Assembly: GCA_964304625.1 (NCBI GenBank)
Contig: OZ199838.1
Span: forward strand, 8,395,794 to 8,459,793
Reading direction: 5' to 3'
Length of the DNA stretch: 64,000 nucleotides
From: Kudoa neothunni
Taxonomy: Eukaryota; Animalia; Cnidaria
The position numbers and the translations under genes are program-made. Of the stretch, positions 37,803 to 50,531 are shown piece after piece. Numbering within the stretch: the first letter of the stretch is position 1; every line of letters begins with the position of its first letter. The notes under the pieces were generated by a model, which worked only from the letters and a program-made list of their open reading frames with translations, was not told where the DNA came from and did no database searches.

Positions 37803-39860
37803 CCCTCTAAGGACCGAAAAAACAACGTACGTGTAAAGTCTTTGGGATAAAAAATACCCCAGCCATTTAATTTATTAATTTAAAAAATTTTTTCAGGAGT
37901 CGATATTCAAGCACTGATTAATTTTAATTATTTTATCCCCGTAAAATAAACATTAACATTCTAATTTAATCCTAAACTAATCCACATCGTACTTGTACGA
38001 CACTCATCGTCAACATTAGATCGTATTTTTTAACATAAGTTTGTGTTTTATCGCCAGGATTAAAAAAATTTCACCCTTTATAATGAACCAAAATAATATA
38101 AATTTAAAATATATTTTTGTTCATAACATTTCCAACCAGTATTCGAGGCATGCATAGGACAATAAAATTTATAGCAAATTTTGCACCATTTTGTAGTTTT
38201 CTTGTCCTTTTTTCGCTCACAATATTCACATCTTGAGAGCTTTACATCAGTAGGTGGAACTTTGTTAATAAATGGAAGAATTGATGATTTCCTCTTAATG
38301 ATCTTTTCTGATGAATTTCGCATCAACAATAGACTATAAAGCTTCTCTGCAATTTCTTTTAAAAAAAGCGTCTAGTCTTCCTCGCATCGTTAAATACATC
38401 TTTATATATTGCAAAGGCGTTGACTAAAGATAAATCCATCATGTTGAAGAACACTACTAAAGGCCATCTTCTGGTGAATCGGCGAACAGAAACAGAAGCC
38501 AACATCCTATCGACATTGTCCACACCACCTTTAGATTTATTATAGTCCAGTATTATTTTGGGCTTGAACTCTAATGTCTCATCTGAAATAGTATTGTCTG
38601 ATGTACCAGTAGCCAACAAGATAACACATTTGGCTTTCTGACATACATATGATACCAACATGAACTTTTCGTTAAACACAAATTTGCTACTATAAATCTC
38701 ACTTTTTTTGAGGGAAACAGATAATTTGGAATTTCTTTTTTGTTTTTTCGTAGAGTTCCCAAGAAGGTCAATATGATGAAAAGAAATTATCAGCTACGAT
38801 ATTTCTGCCGGAATAGAACAATGGAGATGACAATGAAAGAACAACACTTTCTCCAACGTTACACTGTCGCAAAGCTTCAAAATTACTTTTGCCAAGATAC
38901 ATGGAAACGTTGAAAACATAATTTGAAACTGGATCGACCAACAAAAAGAATTTGATACCGTATTTTGCTGGTTTCATACGCATATATTGACGAAATGGGC
39001 ATCGACCTCGAAATGAAACAAGTTGCTCGTCGATAGTTACATCTTGATGTGGATCGAAACATTTAGACAATATCTTAACCCAGTGATCCCATAAATCATG
39101 TATGGGACAAAATTTATCGACATCCCTGCGCTGCATTCTGGTATTGAAGTCATCAAAATGAAGGGCACGCGAAATCTGCTTGAATTGTTGAAGAGAAAAC
39201 AACTGCCGGTATATTTCTTTCCCTTCTTTAATACTAAAAAGCTCGCATATGGGTGGTTCTTGTCTATCTTTGGGAGTTCCCATTAGTATGAGAAGACCTA
39301 AATAACCCTGAAATTCGATATCATCCACGTCACACCAGTTATCTTTGAATTTATGTTTTCCAAGAATATTCGTGAAGTGTATAATTTTATTACAAATTTC
39401 CGCGGTAAGGAAAATTGTAAAACGGTCAAACAAACTTTTTACTTTTAGAGTTGTGTAACAAGTAGATCCCGGGGTAGAATCCATTAATTTTCCGCACATG
39501 TTTTGGTTATTGTAGGCTTCGAAATGCTCCATGAAATACCATTTTTTCTACTTAAGGAATCAGGATGAACATCGTTACCTTCAATCTCATCATCCGTTAA
39601 TTCATATCCACCATAAAATAATCTTCAAATTCACTTTCGGATGAAGAAATATCGTCACTAAAGTCAACGCTATCGCTCATGTCAGTGCTTGTGAAGGTTT
39701 GAGCATGCGCCTTTTGAATAAACGCGCAATATACTTGGATTACCTCCATAACTACTCATACAATATCACTTAAATGTGATTATTTATATATACAAAAATT
39801 TTTCCCTCAATTTTAGCAAAAAAATGGTTGGGTATTTTTTACTCCCAAAACTTTAGAGGG
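37803..39860 (-). mobile_element. piggyBac (PGBD4-like), frameshifted transposase ~39680..38078
   Basis: TTAA|CCCTCTAA...TTAGAGGG|TTAA ends. IDEQL, ADNFF, GGVD and CRD motifs. Highly similar in protein to the 19322 element. Confidence 0.93.
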
Positions 39861-40403
39861 TTAAGAAAGATAATAATAAAAATCCAGAATAACTTTCTAC
39901 ATTGGAGCAGAGTTTTAATTGCTGATTAAATTAAAAAATGTTTTTATTGTATTTAATGTTATTGATGTAACTACGACAAATGGATAATGGTAACAATATG
40001 GATGACATTCAAATATTTTATATAGAAAACTGTGAGCTTAGTTACTAAATACAAGTTGACTTCTTTGATGCATATATCTCTGAGATCCTAAATCGTTGAT
40101 CAAATTGATGATAAATAAAATATACGTGATCCGATAGAATCTCGGAAGAATCTGACCAACAACAATCAATAATAACAATATAATTAAATTTTATTTTCTT
40201 TCTATTTAATTAATCAATTAAAACATATTTTTAATGATTAATAATTAACTAAAGTGCCTATTCTCTAAAATTTGCAAGATACGTATAAAAAGGTGCGAAG
40301 AGATTAACAAATTCGTTTAACCTTACATAAAATATTAAAACGATGTAATAAAAAAATAACGCACGCGTATAACATTTTTTTAAATAACCATACTTTGCAT
40401 TAC

Positions 40404-42828
40404 CCCTCTAAAGACGCAAAAAAAACTACCCTCCAATTACATTGGGGTCAATATGACCCAGATTTTTATTTGATTAATTTGATTAATAAATTTTTATAAC
40501 CACAATAGTAAATTATTAAAAATTCTAAAGGTTGAATTTTGAGTAAAACGCAAATAAATAGGCAAATTAATCCGACTTAATCTCATTCGCAACATCCCGA
40601 CACTCATCGCACACTGTCGTTACATTAATATCCTCAGGAATATCCACTTTTAGGATAAAAAAATTGCGTATTTATAGTTTAGATAAGAAAAACCACATTC
40701 TACAATTATACTCAAAAGATAATCTATGTAATAATTAATTCAAACAACTGCAACATTTGTTGGATGAATGTACTTGGCAGTATGGTCTATTACAATTTGA
40801 ACGAGGGAACGTTTTTTTATCATTTCCGCGAGCGCAATAACTACATCGTGCCCTTTGGTTTTTAATTCGAGTGGCATTTGTAATTGGTTCGGAGAAAGGT
40901 GATTTTCTTTTGATAACTTTGTTATTATTTGGACTTTGATTGATATGTGATTAGTAGAGAGCTTCAGCGATTTCTTTTAGAAAGATACGGCGGGTTTCAT
41001 TTTAGCTATTAAAAATATTCTTGTATAATGCAAAAGCATTAATCAAGGATAGGTCGAGAATATTGAAAGAAACTATCATTGGCCACCTGCCGTTGAATCT
41101 GCGAACAGAAACTGAGGCAAGCATTCGATCAAGGGTGTCGACTCCCCCTTTCGCTCTATTGTAGCATATGATCACTTCAGACTTTTTTTGTGTGAGGTAT
41201 CAAGGATGTTAACATTGGTGGTTCCAGCTGAGATTAGAATCACAGCTTTATTTTTTTTGTTGGCATACGACATTAGCATATTTTTCTCAAAAAAGACAAA
41301 AGTTGTACTATACAATTCCCTTTTGTTTTGACGAATATCACCCAAGTATATCAATTTTTTTTGGTAGTAGCTTTGATGTAAGTGGAAAAGAAGAACAAAA
41401 ATTATCAGCTACGATATTTCTTCCAGAGTGATATAGTAGTTCAGAGAGTGATAGGACAATACCTTCAGCACATTTAAGTTTCGTTCGTTATTTCCATTTT
41501 TACCCAGATACGGAGAGATATTTAAAACATACTTTTCGATTGGATGGACAAGTAAAAAAAACTTTAGGTCATATTTAGCTGGTTCCAAAGGCATATACTG
41601 TCTAAAGGGGCATTGTCCCTTGAATGCAATCAACTGCTCGTCAATTGTGACGTCTTGGTTTGGGTTGAAACATTTTGGTAATTCTCTCCCACATTTCCCA
41701 CACTTCACGTATTTGGCAAAATCTATCTGTGATTCTTCTCTCTAGTCTAATTTTTACGTCATCGAAATAAAGATATCGGGAAATTTGGTAAAATCTTGTC
41801 TTTGAAAAAATTTGTCGATAGATCTCTCTGCCCTCAGACACAGTGAACAATTCTGCCATGGGCTCCTTCCGATCTTTATGAACAGACATAAGGATAAGAA
41901 TACCTAAATATCCATCAAACTTTGTGGAATCAATGTCGGTCTAATTTTCTTTAAAATGGCTGCGCCCAAAACTATTTGTACATTCGATAATTCTCTCACA
42001 AATACTTGTAGTAAACATGATGGAAAGACAGTCCAACACATTACGAACTCTCTGTAAACAATAAGCAGTCGGACCAGGATGCGAGTTCATTATATTTTCA
42101 GCTGATGTTTAAAAGAACAGGTTTGGTTAAGCTCCAGGTGATTCCACTTATACTAGTTGTGAAGCTACCTGTTTCAATAATTTCCAACAGTTCATCCTAC
42201 GATTCAGAAATTTCAGTCAAAATGTCTTCAAACTCACTTCCTGACGATTCGTATTCACCACTTGACATCTCAACACCACTCATCGTCCCGCGATAAAATC
42301 GCGCACAATATTGAGGCTGTTCATGTATTATTGTAATAGAATGTTGAATAAAACAGGGTCATTGCCTTATCATATAATTTAGTAAAGTTAAAATATAATG
42401 TGAAAAATATTATTTTCGTATTAACTCTTAAAATAAACACAATACTATTTTGTTTATCCAACGATCATGAGCGAAATGAGGGCGAAATAAGCCGATGAAG
42501 ATTAAATAAGATGAATTAATGTATTTAATATCGTTTTACTCTAATTTCAACCATTAGGATTTTTTAATACTTTACCATTGTGATTACAAAAATTTATTAT
42601 TCTAATTTATCAAATAAAAAATTGGGGTCATATAGACCCTAATGTAATTGGAGGATAGTTTTTTTTATTACATTTTACAGGCAGATTTTTTATTATTTTT
42701 CGTTTAAAATACTACTACAAAAATATAGGAGAATAGATGGAATCTTGTGGCATGGAGAAGAATTCTAATAAAGTTACTGGGGATTAATTATGCTTTGGGA
42801 TCATATTGACCCCAATGTCTTTAGACGA
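40404..42828 (-). mobile_element. piggyBac (PGBD4-like), degenerate
   Basis: TTAC|CCCTCTAAAGAC...GTCTTTAGACGA|TTAA ends. Transposase pieces run from ATG 42283 to ~40740 (IDEQLIAFKG, GGVD, CRD). Confidence 0.9.
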
Positions 42829-43301
42829 TTAATTGCCTATGCAGAACATCTTATAAACAGTTGAAAAATTATTTAAAGCACGGAATTAAAAAATTAAAGA
42901 CCATTAAGCCTTTTTTTCTGACCGTACAGGAAGGGCAAAAGTGGGCGGATTATTTCTTTTTAACGTAATTTTAATAAAAATATTTCTCCCGCCTAAAATT
43001 AGAATAATTATTCAATCTTTTTTTGTGAAGGGATGCGGAGTTATCTGCATATGTGGTAGGGGGTGAAAGAACTAAAATGAATCGGGGAACGCTGATCTAA
43101 ATCATCACATTGCAAAAATAATGACAAAATTTAAAATGCATTGTTTAACGTGCAAATTAGATTAACTTTACCGTAGAATTTCTCCATTCAAAAGTTTGTG
43201 AAATAAGAAAAAAGGATTTTAATTTTATGTTACAATGACTCTGCGTTCATAATTTTCACGTTATATAGACGACAAAAAACATTAATTTACGAATACCTAT
43301 G

Positions 43302-44945
43302 CAGCTGCGTCTCGATATTGCGTGACTCGATACTGCGTAATTTAGTTTTATTGGTATTATGTGCGTTAATTCACTAAATAAAACATAAAAATTGTATTCA
43401 GTATTCTTAAATGGATAATTATACGAAAAAACAAAAAATTTTAACAAGCAGATATAAAGAAAATTGGGAAAAACCTTGTGTCTCGCTATTGCGTAACTCA
43501 TTTTTTTTGAATTTAATCCCTTTAATCTGATGGATGCATTATAAAAAACATTTCAAGTTCTCAAATAACTAATGTAGATGTAATAAGAATAATTGATTGC
43601 TATAATTTTTTGAATTCTATATCGGGTGCTAATGATATTACTGTAAAACGTTCCAGTTTACCAATTTACATTAACTTCAATATTGTTCCATAATTTAGAT
43701 AGGTTACTGAAATCTTTATAAAAGTTTTTCTAAGCTAGACGAAACCATAGGTTCAAACATTTCAAAATCTTGAAAAATATTTAAACCCGGGAAATATAAA
43801 GATATTAAAATAATATTTATCTATGGATGAGAAATTTCCACGAGATATTGTCATGAAACAATTCGAAATACATATTAAATTTGGATGGGACGACTCATTT
43901 TTATGAACAGCTGATACAGCGTACGTCCACTATTAAAAATTAGCACAATATAAGCGTGTAAAACAATTCAAAAGCTAGTTATGATGTTTATCACTGCTAC
44001 AATGGCCGAAGAAAATTTTCTATTACACAATACAATTTAAAAAAAATCGTTGTTATAGGGAATTAAAGAACTTTCAGTTTAATGCCATTCGCAAATGAAT
44101 GTGTGATTATCTTCATCTGTATTTTATCAGATTCTCAAAGATATGAACCAGAGGGTCATTAAAGAAAACAGTAAGGTGTTTATTTTATTATAACTGTGCT
44201 CATATTGCCCTTAATCGATCGATTATTTCAAAAACATCCAGTTCCTACTTCTATCAAAAACACTGCATATGTGGTGCAACCAATTTATCTTGGAATAATT
44301 CACCGCTTAAAGCCATTTAGAGAAAAATATTATGCGTAAGTGTGCTATTCGGAGAGAAGGACCAAAAATATTTAAATATGCCGTATTCGATCACTTAAAT
44401 ACGTTAAAATTGGTTGGGTAATGGTTACGGTTAAAAAATTAGTAATTGAGTTAATAAGCCGCCTATTTTCCAACAAAAATAATAGATTTTTTCTTCATTT
44501 TTACTGAAAAACTAGCAAGTTAAAACTTCAAAATAATATGATGAAATAACATTATAAAGTAACTAATAGAAAAATTTGAATATTCATATGTGTAAATAAT
44601 AATGTGTAATGATGTTATTTTGTTTGAAGAAAAAGAAATTATACATTTAAATTGAAATGATCAAGGTAAATTTACTTTTTGGAATGAAGATCCTGATCTC
44701 ACACACAACGATGAAATCGTTACAACGTTTCAAGTACAACATCTTATAAAACCGCGAAAAAACCTGTCGTTGAGAATCCTATTGAATTATTTTCTGTACA
44801 TCAAGTTAAGGATGTCTTACGCGAAATTATCAACAAATTAATACAAAATTATAAAGTAAACCAGTTATTTTGTAAGAAATGTTAGTTTAGAAGTTATTAT
44901 GCATGCGCATATGTCTCGATATTACGCAATATCGAGACACGGCTG
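43302..44945. mobile_element. Old pogo/Tigger-like element
   Basis: Inverted termini CAGCTGCGTCTCGATATTGCGT / ACGCAATATCGAGACACGGCTG|TA, related to the ends of the 59783..61771 element. Interior heavily decayed. Confidence 0.65.
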
Positions 44946-45164
44946 TATTAACAATATCATAAAATCACATATCTCTTTATTTTCTTGATTTAGAAATGAA
45001 CTATAAAAATTCATTACAATTTTTCCCACGTTACTTTCAACCCGCAAACATCAAATGGTTGATCGTGAATTTTGATCAAAAATTATACTTTAGGTTTTGT
45101 TTTATTAAGGAACAAGATTGACAAAAAGTAATAAATTATATCATAAATAAATATATTTTAAAAT

Positions 45165-48054
45165 GGCACTGGCTATTGGCACGGTAATCGATATCTCCAT
45201 AGCCGCTTCTCAGTTTATAACCACATTTCGCAAACTTATTTATTGATTTTGTTCCTACAAAATTTTCTATAAAAACATAAAACATATGTTTATCATCATG
45301 ATAACCTCATTAAATAGAATGGAATTTTTAAAATAACAAATTATAAGCTGTTATTAACGTATATAATCTTTTAAAATTGATTATAACCAGTATTTTCATA
45401 ATATATAAAAAATGGACGTCTGCCATTATTCATTGGTTGGGCGCGCAGGTAATGACCACCTTGTTTTATACATTTGTTTGCGCTGTTTCTTACGTCACAA
45501 TTTTTGTCACAATGAGAAAAATAAAAATATTTGACTTCCAAAAAAGTATACTTGATGGAATAAAATGATAAATTTTCGTTATGGCTTACTTGGAAACATT
45601 CGATTATTGTTTTCTTTTTTTGGTAGGCCTATGGCTGTTAATCTTTTTCCCCTAGGTCTTCCTACTGATTTTACCTTATGGGGAAGAATAAGACCTATTA
45701 GATATTATCTCATTTTGAACATGTAATAAGTTACGATTAATATCGTTGTACGTTGATACGTGCGCTATATCAGAGATATTATGTAAATTGGCATTACAAT
45801 CATCTTCGAATATTTCATTTCTTGTCTTTTTATCGAATGACTTATCAAATGTTACCGCTCGGTCTGTAATTTCTGTTAATAATAATAATAAACAACGATA
45901 ATTTGAACGGTTGTTCTACCACGAGAAAATTCTTAAACGAATATTACCTGAAAAATTGTCATCTTTTTTGTTGCAGGAATCTTCAACTTAACTTACTTCT
46001 GTAATGAAGAGAAACAGTCACAAACTAAAATATCATCATTTTCTTTGTCGGAATTTTTGGTAATTTTAACTTAAGACAAATAAAAATAATAATTATTAGC
46101 AAGAGCACTTTTTCAAATTCCGCGATTTTCATGTTTCTTAGCAAAAAAACAAACGTATTTTATTTCATAATAAACCATTAAAGGGTTAAGGTACCTATTC
46201 ATTCGTTTCTGTGCATTTCCTATAGATGTTGAGTTGTATATTTTAAGATTACAACATTTATTCTTTTCATAAGCATAAATTGTATCGCGTAGTGAATCAA
46301 TTGTGGGAAACTTCTTTCCTATCCCAAAGTAAGTTTGTTCGTTATTGCATTGACTTGTTTGCTCCATAACTATGAATTTAAAATTGCGCGATCATGTGAA
46401 TTCATACGTCGTATAAGTATCACTGCCTTAAAATAAAACTGAAATCATTTAATATTAAATCTAATGTAGAACGGTTACAAATATCTTGGTATTATGATCT
46501 TTATTCCAAGAAATATCCTAAATTTTTTTTCTACTTTCTTATGCTGGCAATTCATTATCCAATAATTATCATAAAACATACATAACATCATGTATTACAA
46601 ATATACAAAAATTGAGGTTAAATTTTTAATACTCGTACGTAACATAAAAATTATAAATAGGTTTATATACTTTTGATGTAAACATCTAAATTAATTATTC
46701 GCGAGTCTTGACACGCGGTGTAGTTTTTGCGCGCCCAACCAATGAATATTGGCAGACGTCCATTTTTTATATATTATGAAAATACTGGTTATAATCAATT
46801 TTAAAAGATTATATACGTTAATAAGGCTAAACTGCAGTTTGGGGCGCTTCTTCGGCAATTGTCGGATATAGTCGTGCGTCGGTTTTTAAAATGGAGTTTT
46901 CAATAGACGTTATGTTATTAGAAGACTTGTTTTTTTTAAATCCGATTTTAAAAAACTTTTTAACACGCTACAAAATTTGGGGCTGCTGCGAAAAGTTAAA
47001 AAGTGCAATAAATGCTCATCAGATATGTATCTGATAAATCAAAAAAATAAAGATGATTTGTACGTATTTTTTTGCGGCGTTTGCAAAAAGAAATGTTCCA
47101 TCAGAAATGGAACCTTTTTTGAGGGGTCACATTTATCGTTGTGGCAGCTATTTGCCCTGATGTATTTTAATCTGAACGACATAAATATGTCATATAGAAC
47201 AATATGTAGACAGCTGGACATTGGTTCTGAGCACACTGTAATTGATTGGATGCAGTATATCCGAGAAATTTACTCTGAATACTTAGACTCTTATCGCGAA
47301 AAAATCGGTTCTTCTGGCTTAGTTGTTCAAATCGATGAGTCATTTATCTGCAGAAGAAAATACCATCGTGGAAGAATTTTGGTCAACCAGTCTTGTTGGA
47401 GGAATTGACAACAATGGCAATATTTTCCAGCAAATTACAGATGTTCGAGACAAACCTACGCTGGAAAATATCATCTTGAATAATGTTGAATTAGGCTCGA
47501 TGATTTGGACGGATGGTTAGAAGGGATACAAGGATTTGTCCCTTATTGGTTATCAACACGAAGTTATGATCCATAAAGATGGCTTCAAAAGAATGGATGG
47601 AGTTCATACTGATCGCATCGAAGCCATTTGGGGACAGTGAAAAGAAAGTATCGCCACATCACCAAAAGGTCAGAATTGATGGGTTCTTACCTCTCAGAAT
47701 ATCATTTCAAAAGAAAATTCATTATTGAAACTTTTAAAATATATATATATATTAACAATTAATGAATTATATCTCCATTGATCATGTATTTTACATATTT
47801 TATTTTGCGCGACTATATCCAACAATTGCCGAAGAATCGCCCCAAACTGCAGTTTAGCCCGTTAATAATAGCTTATAATTTGTTATTTTAAAAATTCCTT
47901 TCTATTTAATGGGGTTATCATAATGATAAACATATGTTTTATGTTTTTATAGAAAACTTTGTAGGAACAAAATCAATAAATAAGTTTGCGAAATGTGGTT
48001 ATAAATTGAGAAGCGGTTATGGAGATATCGATTACCGTGCCAATAGCCACTGCC
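45165..48054 (-). mobile_element. Mutator-like element (MULE), internally deleted, with ~285-bp TIRs
   Basis: Long TIRs 45165..~45448 and ~46727..48054 (the right one split by a Merlin). Perfect 9-bp TSD TTTTAAAAT. N-terminal ORF 46367..46113 and a C-terminal LPHKVKSVGRPRGKRLTAIGLPKK piece near 45610-45685. Confidence 0.88.
46825..47859 (+). mobile_element. Merlin transposon inserted in the MULE right TIR
   Basis: TIRs of ~50 bp starting GGCTAAACTGCAGTTTGGGGCG. Perfect 9-bp TSD CGTTAATAA. Motifs CxxC..CxxC, SIRNGTFFE, VQIDES, WTDG and HTDRIE. Confidence 0.95.
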
Positions 48055-48397
48055 TTTTAAAATCAAGCCAAATATAATCTACACCAAAACAGCTTCACTT
48101 TGGTTTTAGATGAAACTATATTAAAATGTGAAGTTATGATGATATGAACTGAATGTAATACGAGACTAAATTATATAAAAAATCATAAAAAACAGTAAAA
48201 TTGTTTTGCAAGTTATAAACTAAAATTATTCAGTTTAAATTTACAATTACGTATCAAGAAATATAAAAATAATTACAAGAACTTTAATTCACGTATATTT
48301 TAGTGAAACAAACCATAGTACTAGAGCGAGAACGAAAGGTTTCTTATGAACGAAAATACCCGAACGTGTGCCGGGTTCCTTTCGAGAGAATAAAACC

Positions 48398-50241
48398 ATG
48401 AACCCTGATATTGATTTGAAGCATCTATCTACTCTTTCACAACACTTATACAAAGACTACGATGAGCTTATATCGTTTCCAGATGATGATAGGTTAGAAT
48501 TACCGCTTTAGAAGTGACAGAATAATGGTATTTTAGTGAATCATTCTTGAGAAGTATCAAACTCAAGAGCGAATATCTTGACTATGGTGATGCAATTTCA
48601 AAAATTGATAAACAACCAACAAAAGCTCTAGCTCTTGCGAATAAAATAGACTCCAACAGCTCACAACTCTCAAAAATTTCGGATTCGTTGAGTATTAACG
48701 AATTTAATGCTGTTTCGAATAAGCCTATATCGCAAGAGAAAGTTGACAAAGTTGTTAATAGCATAATTGAAAAACATGATAACATGTATAATTTAATTAT
48801 TTGGCCTTTTTATAGTTTATTTTTATAGAAATGAAAGTGTTAGAAGTCAAATCAAGGACATAGCCACCAAGTCACTTATTAAGGCATCTCAAAGTGGAAG
48901 TTTCAATCCCGTTACTGGCGAGAGCAAGACACCATTCTCGCAAGGATTACTTCCTATGAAAACCTATGATATTCCTAAGCCTAAATGGCATCCACCATGG
49001 AAACTAATGAGAGTTATTAGTGGCCATACTGGATGGGTTCGTTGTGTTGCAATCGACCCCAGTAACACTTGGTTTGCAACTGGTTCCGCGGACCGTATGA
49101 TCAAAGTATACAAAAATGTCTTGTTTAAATGTATACGTTTTCATCTATCGATTTTTAGATATGGGATTTGGCCAAAGGAACACTTAAACTCTCACTCACT
49201 GGTCATATCAGCACTGTGAGAGGATTGGCTATCAGTGATCGCCATCCATATCTATTTTCATGTGGCGAAGATAAAACCGTGAAATGTTGGGATTTAGAAC
49301 AGAACAAAGTGGTGAGACACTATCATGGACATCTCAGTGGTGTTTATTGTTTAGCGATCCATCCCACTTTGGATATTCTAGTTTCTGGTGGCCGAGATTC
49401 AGTTGCTAGAGTACTTTATAGTTAAATCAAACACCTGTAAACGGGGAATTCTTGTAGGTTTGGGATATGAGAACCAAATCTAACATTCACACGCTAACCG
49501 GGCACACTAATACTGTCGCTAGTTTATTGACTCAAGCTCCTAACCCACAAGTCATCACTGGCAGTCACGATAGTACCATTAGATATTGGGATCTTATTGC
49601 TGGAAAATCACTGACAACACTCACCAACCATAAAAAGAGTGTACGATCTATGGCTCTCCACCCTACCTTGTATATTACAAATTGAGAGTGTTTTCATTAG
49701 GGAGTATTTATTGGTTTGTATTAGATTTTGTATGGCTTCTGGTGCACCGGACAATATTAAACAATGGAAATTTCCTAACGGAGATTTTATGCAGAATCTA
49801 TCCGGTCACAATGCTGTCGTGAATGCCCTGACAATCAATATGGACAATGTGATTGTCAGTGGAGGTGATTACTGATTATTGTATCAACATTTATCTTATT
49901 TTAATTTTTTAGGTGACAACGGATCGATGCATTTTTGGGATTGGAAAAGCGGATATTGCTTTCAACAATTCAATTCACTTGTTCAGCCTGGATCACTTGA
50001 TAGTGAAGCGGGTATTTTTGCAATGACATTTGATCACAGTAGCAGCAGGTTGTTAACCTGTGAGGCTGATAAAACCATAAAAGTATACAAAGAAGATGAT
50101 ACTGCGGTAATATTTGTTTGTAGGCAATACGGCGCCAATTATGTATTTAATTTTTAGACTGAAGAAACCCATCCAATAGATTGGAAACCAAATCTCAATT
50201 TGAGAAAGAGATGCTATGAATTATATTGTGTACATTTTTAG
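48398..50241 (+). CDS. PLRG1: Pleiotropic regulator 1 / Prp46 (WD40 protein of the Prp19 complex), multi-exon
   Basis: [28 protein letters not shown]40 repeats, [12 protein letters not shown] and [15 protein letters not shown]|[11 protein letters not shown]. Small GT-AG introns. Confidence 0.97.
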
Positions 50242-50531
50242 AATTTATCAGTTTTTGACTTAAATCTTGATGTGTCATTATTACGACGCTGTTTTTTTAC
50301 ATCATATCCAGCGCCAAGTTGCTTTTATCGGATATATTTCTTAGTTTTTGCTTTAATAAGAACTCATTTTATAGATTTTCATACAACTTAATATTAGTTT
50401 TACCGAATTTTAAGCTAAAATGCACCAGTTTTGAAGTAATAATTAGGTTTCATCGCAGGGTTTACATGAAATTCATTGTGCCATAATTTCTTTGCATTGG
50501 TCTAATTAGAGGTAAAACTCTCTGTAAATTA

